Origin: Eledone cirrhosa
Taxonomy: Eukaryota
DNA: 64,000 bases
Assembly (NCBI GenBank): GCA_964016885.1
Contig: OZ024740.1
Location: forward strand, 107,756,001-107,820,000
Direction: 5' to 3'
Below are positions 12,915 to 35,865 of the stretch, in pieces. The translations under genes were made by a program, and so were the position numbers. The notes beneath the pieces are model-generated. The model did no database searches, was not told where the DNA came from, and saw only the letters and a list, made by a program, of their open reading frames with translations. Position 1 is the first letter of the stretch; every line of letters starts with the position of its first letter.

Positions 12915-12975
<61 letters not shown>

Positions 12976-13002
12976 GTATATATATATGTATATATATATA
13001 TG

Positions 13003-13033
<31 letters not shown>

Positions 13034-13044
13034 GTATATATATG

Positions 13045-13077
<33 letters not shown>

Positions 13078-13248
13078 GTATATATATGTATATATATATA
13101 TATGTACATATATATATATGTATATATATGTATATATATATATATGTATATATATATATGTATATATATATATGTATATATATATGTATATATATATATG
13201 TACATATATATATATGTATATATATATATATGTATATATATATATGTG

Positions 13249-13279
<31 letters not shown>

Positions 13280-13322
13280 GTATATATATATGTATATATA
13301 TATATATATGTATATATATATG

Positions 13323-13373
<51 letters not shown>

Positions 13374-13374
13374 G

Positions 13375-13406
<32 letters not shown>

Positions 13407-13458
13407 ACAAGTAAGACCCCGACGGCTGAGCTCAAGCAGTTTCGACGGCTAATTCTGT
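13407..13458 (-). repeat. Repeat X fragment
   Basis: Reverse complement CAGAATTAGCCGTCGAAACTGCTTGAGCTCAGCCGTCGGGGTCTTACTTG. Confidence 0.7.
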
Positions 13459-13467
13459 ATATATATG

Positions 13468-13539
<72 letters not shown>

Positions 13540-13540
13540 C

Positions 13541-13584
<44 letters not shown>

Positions 13585-15969
13585 TGCACCTCCCAACATA
13601 GACTGATAATTAGCGACCTCATAGTCAGGACGAGACGTACTCGACAGCAGAAGAGGACTATCCTCAGGAGAAAAATATGGAAGCTAAAGGACCCCACAGC
13701 CAGGAATAAATTTCAAAGCATATTACTTGATGCTTTCGACAGTAAGGAAGAACATTTAGAGTCGGACAATATAGAGGGAGAGTGGGAATTTCTGAAAGCA
13801 AACCTGCTGTTGGCGACAGACGAAGTCTGTGGCTGGAGCAGGCCTGTAGGCAGGAGGAGAGTAAAATGGTGGTGGAACAGTAAGGTGGAGGGGTCAATTA
13901 AGGCCAAAAAGCAGGCTTGGAAAGTATGGCGGGATGGGGGAAGTAGAGAAGACTATCAAGTGGCCAGGAGGGAAGCTAGGAGACAAGTGTACTTAGCAAG
14001 AAGGGAAGCTGAGGAAAGAAAGGTCAAGCATGTTCTACAATGCGATGACCAAAAACGTGAGGTGTTCAGGATTGCTAGGCAATGCGTCAAGGAAAACCGT
14101 GATATTGTCGGGGAGAAGTGTGTACTAAACGATGATGGCACACTTGCCATCACCGACGCTGATAAGAAGGTAGCTTGGAAGTGTCACTATGAAAGGCTAC
14201 TAAATGAGGAGAATAAATGGGAGAAAGACAGTCTCCCCCATACCGACCCAATAGAGGGACCAGCAGTGTTAGTCGAGGGGAGTATAATAAGTAAGGCTAT
14301 CAAGGATATGAAGACGGGTAAGGTGGCTGGGCCTTCGGAAATAGTTGCTGAGATGCTGAAGGCATCCGGCACGGTGGGACACACCATGGTCACCCGCATA
14401 GTTAACCAAGTCGTACAGAATGGGGTTGTTCCGAAGGACTGGTATAGCAGCATCATTGTTAACTGTTATAAGGGTAAAGGAGACGCCCTAGATAGGAGTA
14501 ACTATAGAGGCATTAAATTAATCGACCAGGTCATGAAGGTCACGGAAAAAGTAATAGCACAACTAATCAGAGAGAGAATTGACCTAGATGAAATGCAGTT
14601 CGGGTTTGTGTCAGGCAAAAGTACCACAGACGCTCTTTTCATTGTACGACAACTACAGCAGAAGTACCTAGCTAAAGGTAAACCCCTCTACTTAGCTTTT
14701 GTCGACTTGGAGAAAGCCTTCGACAGAGTCCCTCGCTCCATTATCTGGTGGGCTCTTAGAAAACTGGGCGTTGACGAATGGCTTGTGAGAGCTATACAAG
14801 CCATGTATAAAGAAACAGTCAGCAAGGTTAGAATTAACAACGAATATAGTGAAGAGTTTAGCGTAAAAGTTGGCGTCCATCAGGGCTCTGTTCTCAGCCC
14901 CCTACTATTTATTATTGCCCTTCAGGCTATAACAGAGGAGTTCAAGACCGGCTGCCCATGGGAATTCCTATACGCAGACGACCTGACACTCATAGCGGAA
15001 TCAATGGCCGAGCTAGAGAAGAAATTCCAAACATGGAAGCACGGCCTAGAATCAAAAGGCCTTAAAATTAACCTGGCTAAGACTAAAGTTCTAGTTTGTA
15101 GGAAAGAAAATAAGGCGGCGGTCCCTTCTGGGAAATGGTCGTGCTCGGTGTGTAGGAAAGGCGTAGGTAGAAACTCCATTTTATGTCCTAAATGCAAAGT
15201 ATGGGTGCATAAAAGATGTAGTGGGATCACAGGTAAGCTAACTAAGAACATAGATTTTACATGTGGCCGGTGCTCTGGTGCAATAAGTAGCAGCAAGTGC
15301 CCACAAAATACTAGCTCTTTCAATTGCGCAGAGGGTTCTATAGAAATAGTGGACAGTTTCCGTTACCTGGGTGATAAAATCAGCAGTGGGGGAGAGTGCT
15401 CTGAAAGTACAGTAGCTAGAGTCAGAACTGGTTGGAAAAAGTTCAGAGAGCTTATACCACTATTAGCTGCTAAAGGGTTCTCCCTAAAAATGAAAGGCAG
15501 GTTGTACGATGCCTGCATACGAACAGCAATGTTGCATCGCAGTGAGACCTGGGCATTGTGTGCAGAGGATATACGCAGACTAGAGAGGAACGAAGCTTGC
15601 ATGCTCCGCTGGATGTGTAACAGTAATATACGTGAACGGCAAAGCATAAACGAACTAAGGAAAAAATTAGAAATAAGAGGGATCAGATGTTGTTTACTAG
15701 AGGGAAGGCTACGTTGGTATGGACACGTGATGCGCATGAAAGTCGATAGCTGTATAACAAAGTGCAGGGCAGTAAAGATAGACGGTAGCCACGGAATAGG
15801 CAGACCTAGAAAAACCTGGGACGAGCTGATAAACTCCGACCTCACACACTTACACCTCTCCAAGACAATGTCACTGGACCGAGACCTTTGGCGGTACTCA
15901 GTAACAGAGAAGACCCGCCTTACCTAAATACATAGTAAAACCTACTACAGCCAGTAGGCATCTCTAACA

Positions 15970-15973
<4 letters not shown>
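13585..15973 (+). mobile_element. RTE family B, 5'-truncated, open RT frame, 3' UTR cut short
   Basis: Open frame from CTSQH to a stop at 15927 with YADD and the PHD finger. The 3' UTR ends ~45 bp after the stop with no (GAT)n tail. Confidence 0.95.
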
Positions 15974-20282
<4,309 letters not shown>

Positions 20283-20430
20283 ATATTTGATGAACATTTA
20301 CATGTTATAGTTGCAATTGACTAATAAGATCGCTAGAGTGAAAAATCTTAATTCTGTTGAATTAAGATTATTCACTCTAGCGATCTTATTAGTCAATTGC
20401 AACTATAACATGTAAATGTTCATCAAATAT
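20283..20430. repeat. Near-perfect palindrome (72-bp arms, 4-nt loop)
   Basis: 20283-20354 vs 20359-20430, one mismatch. Confidence 0.95.
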
Positions 20431-20603
20431 TAATTTATATATATATACATATATATATAGCGGCGATGAATTAGTTTTGCGAGTAAGTTAGATCGCAGAT
20501 ATATATATATATAAGACAGCGAGAAGCGAAAACCAACCAAACAGTGAGTGTGTTCTGTTATTAATTCTGGCAATATTACGCAAATATGACCCTCCCCAAA
20601 TAT

Positions 20604-20693
<90 letters not shown>

Positions 20694-20765
20694 CATATAT
20701 ATATACATATATATATACATATACATATATATATACATATATATATACATATACATATACATATA

Positions 20766-20843
<78 letters not shown>

Positions 20844-20899
20844 TATATACATATATATATACATATATATATACATATATATACACATATATATATATA

Positions 20900-23800
20900 T
20901 TTACTCTTTTACTCTTTTACCTGTTTCAGCCATCCGGCTGAGGCCATGCTGGGGCACCGCCCTTGTTGCTACACATTTTATCTCCAGCCTGTATAGGTTG
21001 GCCACTGGTGTAGGATGGAGTATGTTGCTGCTGCCCTTAGGTTTCCCTCGTGTCTTGCTGTGGGCTCATCCGGGATCCTGGATAACAAGGTGTCGAGATG
21101 TTTCTTAAAGACATCCACCTCCACGTCATGCAAGTCTCTCAGATGCCTCGGCAGCCTGTTGAAGAGTTGAGGGCCCTTGAATTCCAGGCTATTGCAATAC
21201 CTGCTCCTTATTCTAGATGTGGAAGACGGGACCTTTGGCACCACACAGTGACGTCCTGTTCGACGGTTGGTCCAGCTCCCAATGCCAAAGTTTGGTGCTA
21301 GTCCCTCCAGGATTTTCCACATGTAGATCACTGCGTATCTCTCCCGTCTTCGCTCCAAGGAGTAGAGGTTCAGTTCCTTTAGCCTCTCCCAGTAGCTTGT
21401 CTCCCTCATCTTGGCAATCCTCTTGGTGTAGCTTCGCTGGATTGCCTCAAGCTCCGTGGTTAGTTTGACACTATGGGGTGACCACAGCTGGGAGCAGTAG
21501 TCCAGGCGGCTTAGGACAAAAGTCCTCCACAGTGTCAACATGGTGTCTCGATCTCTTGTAAGGAAAGTCCTCAAGATCCAGCCAGCGAATCGTCTACATG
21601 TTGTCGCCACCTTCATGATGTGTGAAGAAAAAGATGCATCATCGCTCATGTCTATGCCCAGGTCTCGTATCGATTTTGACACGGGGATATCGGTCCCTCC
21701 TGGTCCTGTGTAGCTGTGTTCCACTATATTTGTGTTTGCAGGTTTGTATTGTAGGGCTTGGAATTTGCCAGCATTAAACTGCATGTTGTTTTCTTCCGCC
21801 CATCTGTATATGGCATCCAGATCCTGCTGTAAAAGGGCAGCGTCAGCTGGGTTTTTGATTGCATAGCATAGCTAGTGAGGGATGTTGTTGCATGCACCAC
21901 AGAGGGCATGTCCGAGAGAGCCACCAAAAACAGTAGTGGTCCCAGGACTGTCCCCTGGGGCACCCCACTTGTTATTGGTGTTTCCCTCGAGAGGGCCCCA
22001 TTTGCTGCGACTGCCTGGCTTCTGTCCCTTAGGAAGCCATGCAGCCACTCACCTACTTTTCCAGTTATGCCGAGTCCGTGTAGTTTGTGACATATCATTC
22101 CGTGGTCGACCTTGTCAAAGGCCTTCGCAAAGTCAAGATATATCATGTCCACATGTGAGCTGTCTAGTAGTTGTCTCAGTACCCAGTCGTAGTGATGTAG
22201 CAGCTGTGTAAGGCAGCTTCTTCCTGGGCGGAAGCCATGTTGCGTGCTAGTCAGGCGGTCATTTTCTTCGAGGAAAGTGATTAGTTTCTTTCTGACGACT
22301 CGCTCCATGACCTTACTGATATGTGACGTCAGGGAGACTGGCCTATAGTTCTTGGCCTCCGCTCTACTACCTCCTTTATGGATAGGGCATATTGTGCCTT
22401 CTTTCAGCTCCCTGGGTAGTACACCGCTAGCCAAGGAGCTTCTGAAGAGCATCTTCAGTGGAGTTGCTAAGGCCCGCTTACATATTTTTAGGAGAACTGC
22501 TGGGAATCCATCAGGTCCAGCAGCCGAGTCTGTTCTAATTTCATCAATGGCGTACACCACATCCTCCTCCGTTATGTCTATGTGATTGATGGTTGCCATT
22601 TCTTGATGTAGTGTTGTGGCATCAAAGAACTCCTCTGGCTTCGTTATTTGCATGTGCCTCAGTGGACATGTGAAGACACTTTTGTACTGTTCGTTCAGTA
22701 TTTCACATATCTCTTGGGGGTTTTCGGTTAATGAACCGTCCGTGTGGAAGAGTGGTCCGATCTTGCAGTGTACTGAGGCAGTTTCTTTTGCAAATTTAAA
22801 GAAGGCCTTAGGGTTTGTTTTAATGTTTTCTATGGCCCTGTTCTCTTTCTTTGCCCTCTCATTCTCATGTGAAAGTTTGAGTGCAATCTCGGTGTCAAGT
22901 AGTGCACGTTTCAAATAGGATTCCTTCTTGTTTTTGTTTTGTTGACTATTCAACTGGTTTGAGAGTTTAGTTCTACGTCTCATAAGGATTTTCCTATCTC
23001 TGGGAATAAGATTTTTGTGTCTGTTTGCCTCTTTCTCCGGGACAGACTTTTTGCATATGGTGTATATCGTTGTCATGAAGTGTTGAAATTGTGTGTTAGT
23101 GTCTTGTGTGGCGGTGTTTTCACTCCATGTTTGCTTCCGGATTTCACTCTTAATCTTTTTCCAGTTAGCCTTGTAGAAGTTAAGGTTGGATAGCGTCCCG
23201 GAGCTTCTTGGTGGTTTTGTCTCTGTTGGTTCTCTTGGACCACATATCATTAGCTCTACTAAGTTATGATCCGAGAGAATTGTTGGTGTCACCTTTACAT
23301 TGTGGATGAGCACTTCGTTGTTTGTAAAACAGAGGTCCAGGACATTTTCGTCTCTTGTTGGGAGGAGTATTGCTTGCTCCATGAACAGCCTGTGTGTGAG
23401 GGCCAGCAGGGATTCCGTCTGTCTCTGTTCCATTGACGTCATTCAGGGGAGGAGGTGGCCCTCAGGCCATTTGACCTTTGGTAGGTTGAAGTCTCTCAGC
23501 AGTAGGATGTTGAGACCCTGGTCCAGTTTGTCAAGGACCTCTTCTATCCTACTTAGGCTATCCTCAAATTTACCCTCATGACTGGGGGCATCGGGTGGCC
23601 GATATGTGACACATATTACCATCTGGAGTTGCTTCATATGTATTATCAGTGTGTCACAGACTGAGTTTGAATGTGTCAACAGTACAATTGGTGTGATATC
23701 TTCACGGATATACAGAGCAACCCCACCATGAGTTCTCACCTTCCTGTCCGAACGAAATACAGTATATTTCGGTATATGTATTTCTGCATCTGCTATACTG

Positions 23801-24478
23801 CTTGTCAGGTGCGTTTCGGTTAGTGCCATGCATAGTGCTTGGTTGCTTATGGCTAAGTCTCCCAGGTAGGAAATTTTACTCATGTTGCTGAGTTTCACCA
23901 GGCCCCTGACATTCAGCAGCAGCACTGGTGTGACTTTTGGGGCGCCAGTAATGGCTGTCGGTATGACACCTGGTCTGGTGTCAGCGGCGGCCACTCTGGG
24001 TCCCTTAACTGCGGTGGTCTCGAGTGCTGGTGTGGATGACCCTGGCTCTGGAGACGATGCAGCCAGGTCAGCTGTCCCACAATCTTCTCTGCCACCACTA
24101 AAAAATTTTTCTGATCTGCTGCTGCCATCTGTATCTCGTCGGCATGTGCGTGCCTTCTCCTTGTTGGTGCAGCACGCGCGACATCAGCATACTTCTGGAG
24201 CGGCTTATTTCGGCTTTGGCTGGGGCATGTTGCGCGAGTATGATGGGCATATTTCGTTTCAGACCTAGGGTGGGCGAATCTACATCCCATCCCTGTCTCT
24301 CCATGCCAGCATGTCCCGTTCTTGAAAAACTTGCACATTACTTGGGGTTTTTTGCTCCCAGTGTCTCGGTGCTTTCTGTTCTTCCTTTGAACAGTTGTCC
24401 ACTGGTCCCTCTGCGCTTGGTTCTCCTTCGGAAGGTGATTTCGCTTTTCACCTTTGCCCTTAGCTTGTCAGTTGCCCA
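20900..24478 (-). mobile_element. CR1-superfamily LINE family D, near full length, inactivated
   Basis: ORF1 remnant with a CCCH finger ([22 protein letters not shown]). ORF2 APE (LNVRG, LTETHL, GGVALY, SDH) and RT. In-frame TGA at 23443 and a deletion of DD from YADD at ~21865. Tail (GTAAAAGA)n. Confidence 0.92.
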
Positions 24479-24481
24479 TAC

Positions 24482-24684
<203 letters not shown>

Positions 24685-24698
24685 CATATATATATGTA

Positions 24699-24760
<62 letters not shown>

Positions 24761-24777
24761 TGTATATACATATATAC

Positions 24778-24848
<71 letters not shown>

Positions 24849-24857
24849 CATATATAT

Positions 24858-24973
<116 letters not shown>

Positions 24974-24980
24974 GTATATA

Positions 24981-25040
<60 letters not shown>

Positions 25041-25041
<1 letters not shown>

Positions 25042-25772
25042 GTGAACGGCAAAGCAGAAACGAACTAAGGAAAAAATTAGAGATAAGAGGGATCAGATGT
25101 TGTTTACTCGAGAGAAGGCTACGTTGGTATGGACACGTGATGCGCATGAAAGTCGATAGCTGTATAACAAAGTGCAGGGCAATAAAGATAGACGGTAGTC
25201 ACGGAATAGGCAGACCTAGAAAAGCCTGGGACGAGCTGATAAACTCCGACATCACACATCACACACTTACACCTCTCCAAGACAATGTCACTGGACCGAG
25301 ACCTTTGGCGGTACTCAGTAACAGAGAAGACCCGCCTTACCTAAATATATATAGTAAAATCTACTCCAGCCAGTAGGCATCTCTAACAAAATACACCCCG
25401 TCCCACCACCACCACCCCCACCCCATCCACACCACCCCGTTCTATGTAAAGTTATGTTGGTGCCGCGCCATCCAGGCCGAAACAAATGAGATCGTGTAGG
25501 CCGAAACAAATGACATCGTGTAGGTGTCACGACAAAAAAACACACAGTCCACGCTGTAATGTGGCCGTGTAGGCAACACGGTAAAAACCTCCCAGACCCA
25601 CACTGTAAATGTGGTTGGTGTTAGGAAGGGCATCCAACTGTAGAAAACCTGCCAGACAGTCCTATGCGAGCAAGACAATCACTCTTGCCTCAAGTGGGAC
25701 TACCCCCGTCCAAACCCATGCAAGCGTGGAACACGGATGTTAAACGTTGATGATGATGATGATGATGATGAT
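25041..25772 (+). mobile_element. RTE family B, 5'-truncated
   Basis: C-terminal coding region, 3' UTR with a ~24-bp tandem duplication, (GAT)n tail. Confidence 0.95.
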
Positions 25773-25784
25773 ATATATATATAT

Positions 25785-25978
<194 letters not shown>

Positions 25979-25979
25979 G

Positions 25980-26159
<180 letters not shown>

Positions 26160-26166
26160 TATATGC

Positions 26167-26198
<32 letters not shown>

Positions 26199-26213
26199 AT
26201 ATATATATGTATG

Positions 26214-26301
<88 letters not shown>

Positions 26302-26329
26302 TATGTATGTATATATATATATATATATG

Positions 26330-26501
<172 letters not shown>

Positions 26502-26503
26502 TG

Positions 26504-26623
<120 letters not shown>

Positions 26624-26635
26624 TGTATACATATA

Positions 26636-26672
<37 letters not shown>

Positions 26673-26683
26673 GTATACATATA

Positions 26684-26720
<37 letters not shown>

Positions 26721-26722
26721 GT

Positions 26723-26777
<55 letters not shown>

Positions 26778-26780
26778 GAA

Positions 26781-27111
26781 GGCACATGGCTTAGTGGTTA
26801 GAGCATTGGCCTTGCAATCAAAAGGTTGTGAGTTCAATTCTCAGACCGGGTGATGTGTTGTTTCCTTGAGCAAGACACTTTATTTCACATTGCTCCAGTT
26901 TACTCAGCTGTAGAAATGAGATGAGAGGGACTGGGGACCCTATCATTCCACTGCAAAGTGGTCGTGGAGGTGCCACCGCAAAAAAACACCCAGCACTCAC
27001 TGTAAATGAGGTTGGTGTTAGGAAGGGCATCCAGCTGTAGAAATCAAGCCAGCATCAGTTCCCGTCCCACCCTTGCAAGCAGGGAAAAGTGGACGTAAAA
27101 TGAAATGATGA

Positions 27112-27113
<2 letters not shown>
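26781..27113 (+). mobile_element. tRNA-derived SINE family 1
   Basis: A/B boxes, CORE-like body, RTE-type tail. Confidence 0.9.
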
Positions 27114-27148
<35 letters not shown>

Positions 27149-27202
27149 CATATATATATACATATACATACATACATATGAGATCGTGTAGGTGTCACAA
27201 CA

Positions 27203-27235
<33 letters not shown>

Positions 27236-27237
27236 GT

Positions 27238-27298
<61 letters not shown>

Positions 27299-27333
27299 CA
27301 TACATACATATGAGATCGTGTAGGTGTCACGAC

Positions 27334-27369
<36 letters not shown>

Positions 27370-27371
27370 GT

Positions 27372-27412
<41 letters not shown>

Positions 27413-27445
27413 CATACATATATATATATATATACATACATACAT

Positions 27446-27703
27446 ATGAGATCGTGTAGGTGTCACGACAAAAAAACACACAGTCCACGCTGTAATGTGG
27501 CCGTGTAGGCAACACGGTAAAAACCTCCCAGACCCACACTGTAAATGTGGTTGGTGTTAAGAAGGGCATCCAACTGTAGAAAACCTGCCAGACAGTCCTA
27601 TGCGAGCAAGACAATTACTCTTGCCTCAAGTGGGACTACCCCCGTCCAAACCCATGCAAGCGTGGAACACGGACGTTAAACATTGATGATGATGATGATG
27701 ATG

Positions 27704-27704
<1 letters not shown>
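27446..27704 (+). mobile_element. RTE-B 3' UTR fragment with a triplicated 5' junction
   Basis: ATGAGATCGTGTAGGTGTCAC at 27178, 27310 and 27446; (GAT)n tail. Confidence 0.9.
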
Positions 27705-27796
<92 letters not shown>

Positions 27797-27800
<4 letters not shown>

Positions 27801-28298
27801 AAGTTATATTTAAAATTGTTGGGTTACAACTAGTAAATATTTATAACTGATATAAAAGCACTCGACAAATACTTGGAGTATATTTACAATATTAAATAAA
27901 TGGAAAACTATATTTATAAAACCATATTTATTTCATTATATATATTTCGGGGATATCATATTAACAATATGCTATGCCTTCATCAGACAAAATACAATAT
28001 AAACAGTTTTATAGATAAATATATTCGACATACCGTAATAAACATCAACTTCATTTGAAGAGGTTCACTCTAGCAGTCTAGAGTGAACCTCTTCAAATGA
28101 AGTGAACTGCTAGAGTGAACCTCTTCAAATGAAGTTGATGTTTATTACGGTATGTCGAATATATTTATATATAAAACTGTTTATATTGTATTTTGTCTGA
28201 TGAAGGCATAGCATATTGTTAATATGATATCCCCGAAATATATATAATGAAATAAATATGGTTTTATAAATATAGTTTTCCATTTATTTAATATTGTA
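27797..28298. repeat. pLTR-like fold-back: 193-bp inverted arms, each with a hammerhead-like motif
   Basis: 27885-28077 vs 28106-28298. CTGATGA...CCCC-GAAA at 28197-28238 (+) is mirrored on the minus strand. Confidence 0.85.
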
Positions 28299-28317
28299 TA
28301 TATATATATATATATAA

Positions 28318-30993
28318 AATTTCAGGTTATCAATAATGTAGTGATAATATATCATTACGTTAGAGATGAACAGCGTACGTGCAGGTTTGCTCAACAAGTA
28401 TAAATTATATTCCGGAGAAAATGTAGAAAGGATGAATATAAAATAAAAGTGCTTTTGTTAAAAAAGGAATTTATTAGGTATTGACATATGTTTCTGTAAC
28501 AGACCGAATACCTATGTATCGCTGCTTGCATAATCATATAATGTTAGCAAGTATTCGATAGCAAATGTATAATCAGTTGTCACTTCTTCAGAGATTTTGG
28601 ATAAACTGGATAAAATCAGAAAAATTGAAGTATTTATATTAGTAAAATAGGAAGGAACAGAGGGGATAGTATATGACAGATGGTAAAATAATTTACTGCT
28701 AAACAAGTATATGATGGGTTTCTAATGAGAATCCCATGAGTAAATCTAAATAAGAATTTTGGGAGTGCCAATTTTAATCTCTACTTGACCAACTGGACAG
28801 TGGACAGGGCTGGTCATTTGGTGCAGTAGTATTAATTATAAAGTGTCTATTGGGGAAGGGGGAGATTTCGATTGCTACTAAATAACATCAATGCTAGTAG
28901 CCAGCTGGTATATGCATTAGGGAATTGAATCAAGAAATCAGAAATCTCATTTTATCTATAGCAGTTTGTATTAAAAGGTAAATAATAGAAGAGTTGATAG
29001 AATTAAGACTAATAAAGAATGTTCATATCTATTTTGACAATCAAACGGGGATAGAGACAGGCGTTCAATCCTGGTAGTATTTATAATATGAAAATGTAGA
29101 TTTTAAGCGATGGTTACAGTATAACGATCGCTCTATTCTGTTATTTAATAAAATGTTTTTGGATTTCATAATACAAAATAATTCTACATTACATAATTTA
29201 CAAAATTCCTGTCCATGGAAATATGGGGGGGCAGCCACTATTATATCCCATTTTAGGTGAAATTGTTGGTTATTTTCACGCAGCTGCCAAGCCTTGTCTG
29301 CGAGTGTTGTTACATAACGCTGGTTTTCATGTTTTATTGAGTAACGATGTCTATAAAGGCGTGATTTGAAGGAGGTGGCTGTAGATCCCACATAGTACCA
29401 CTTCTGTCTATCCGATTCGATAGTACATTTGTATACGATGTTGCGTTCAAGACACTGATTGTTCAACAGACACATTCCTGGTTGGACACAGTTGCAATTA
29501 TAATTTTGCGTTGTTGTATTGCCATGGATGGGTTGATGAGGTTGCTTAGGTATGACAGGATGTTGTTTGTTGTTTTGTGATGTTATAGCTAATGTTTTAC
29601 GTGTATTGTTATGTGTTGGAAGGCGTTTATACAACCGTTTTGCGTTAAGCTTTTTTATATGTTGTTCAATATTAGGGGCGGTTGAATATGAAAGTCGAAT
29701 AGTGTTAGGGTTTAAGATTTTATTATATTTATGTGATGTTGGAAAGTGTTTTCTAACTAATCTAAAGAATTTTGAGGGTAGATTGGTTTTAATAGAGTTG
29801 TTATAGACCGGGTTGTACCAGATATACTCCTTACATCGCCTTCTGTTTGGTGGTGTGCGACTATTATTGTGTCTATTGCGGTAGTGTATGTATGGTGGTG
29901 ATTCTGTGCTGTTTCTACTCCTATGTGATTTATTTTGGGTGTTTTGGTGATCTTTGACAATATACTCTATATTATCTAGGTGACCGGCTTTCCTAAGTGC
30001 ATCATCATAATACTCGGCATGTTCTTTGAAGGTGTGCTGGTTGGACGACAGACGGGAGATCCTAAGAGAAACATTTCTAGGGATGGATTTAATTATAGAG
30101 AGTGGATGGTTAGAACTCGTATTTACATATTTAAGGTTCTCATTTAGTTTATGGAACGGTTTAATCGTATCTGTATTGAGATTGAAAGTAACATCAAGGA
30201 AATTGAACTCTTTGAGGTTATATTCAAATGTAATATTTAATCCTAGTTCCTTAAAAAACTTTCTGATATTTTTACGCATCCTTTCTAAATTCGGGTTATT
30301 CATATGCTTAACTAATAGGAGCGCATCGTCACGGTAAATTCCACCGTGGAGATCCTTGAATTTTCCTTGTAATCTGTGGGTGATATAAATTCCCACAAGA
30401 TCTGTTACTTCCGCCGAATCATTAGAACCCATATATATCAAAATTAGAAGGTCTATCTTTGCGAACCCAGTAGCTATCATCGAATTTAACTATAGTTTTT
30501 CTCGCTTCCATAATAATTTTAATTTCAGCATCCGTAAGGTCGGAATTATCCTTAGCGAACGAAAGAGCTTCATGTAGAGTATCAGGTGAAATTGAGGAAT
30601 AATATTCATCAATATCAAACTGAATAAATTTTGATTTTTTCTTATCAGTAATGTTATTAAACCATCTTATTGCTTCATGAGTGTTACCCCATAGTTTAAT
30701 CTCTACTTTAACCTTAACTTGGGGGATAATTCTGTCTAGTATATATTTGCTAATTTTACCTATATCAGATTTAGAGGGGCATATAAGTCTAATATTAGGG
30801 TTAGTATCGAAGTTTACCTTGTGGTCCTTCAGGTTGAAGGATGGTATAGCTGGTGTTAAGGGTTGCGTTCTATCGTCAATACAAAGTTTTTTAACGATAT
30901 CACATGCCGAGTTGTTGATGTTTTTAAGTGTGGCTTCATTAGTTTTCCTGTATTTTTTATGCAATTCCTTACGGATGAAGTTATTGTAAGTGT
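28318..30993 (-). mobile_element. Penelope-like element 2 (Naiad-like, GIY-YIG), 5'-truncated and frameshifted
   Basis: [32 protein letters not shown]-x5-C-x5-C, IVY...YVG...FKSRLYRH. Frameshift within a short TA run at ~30435. Confidence 0.92.

Positions 30994-35865
<4,872 letters not shown>

Noticed and set aside
23443-23445. In-frame TGA in CR1-D as Sec or readthrough
   Set aside because: Not at a conserved Cys position, and the copy carries other inactivating lesions.
27178-27470. CRISPR-like repeat-spacer array
   Set aside because: The spacers are near-identical TA tracts, the repeat is RTE UTR sequence, the context is eukaryotic and there are no cas genes.
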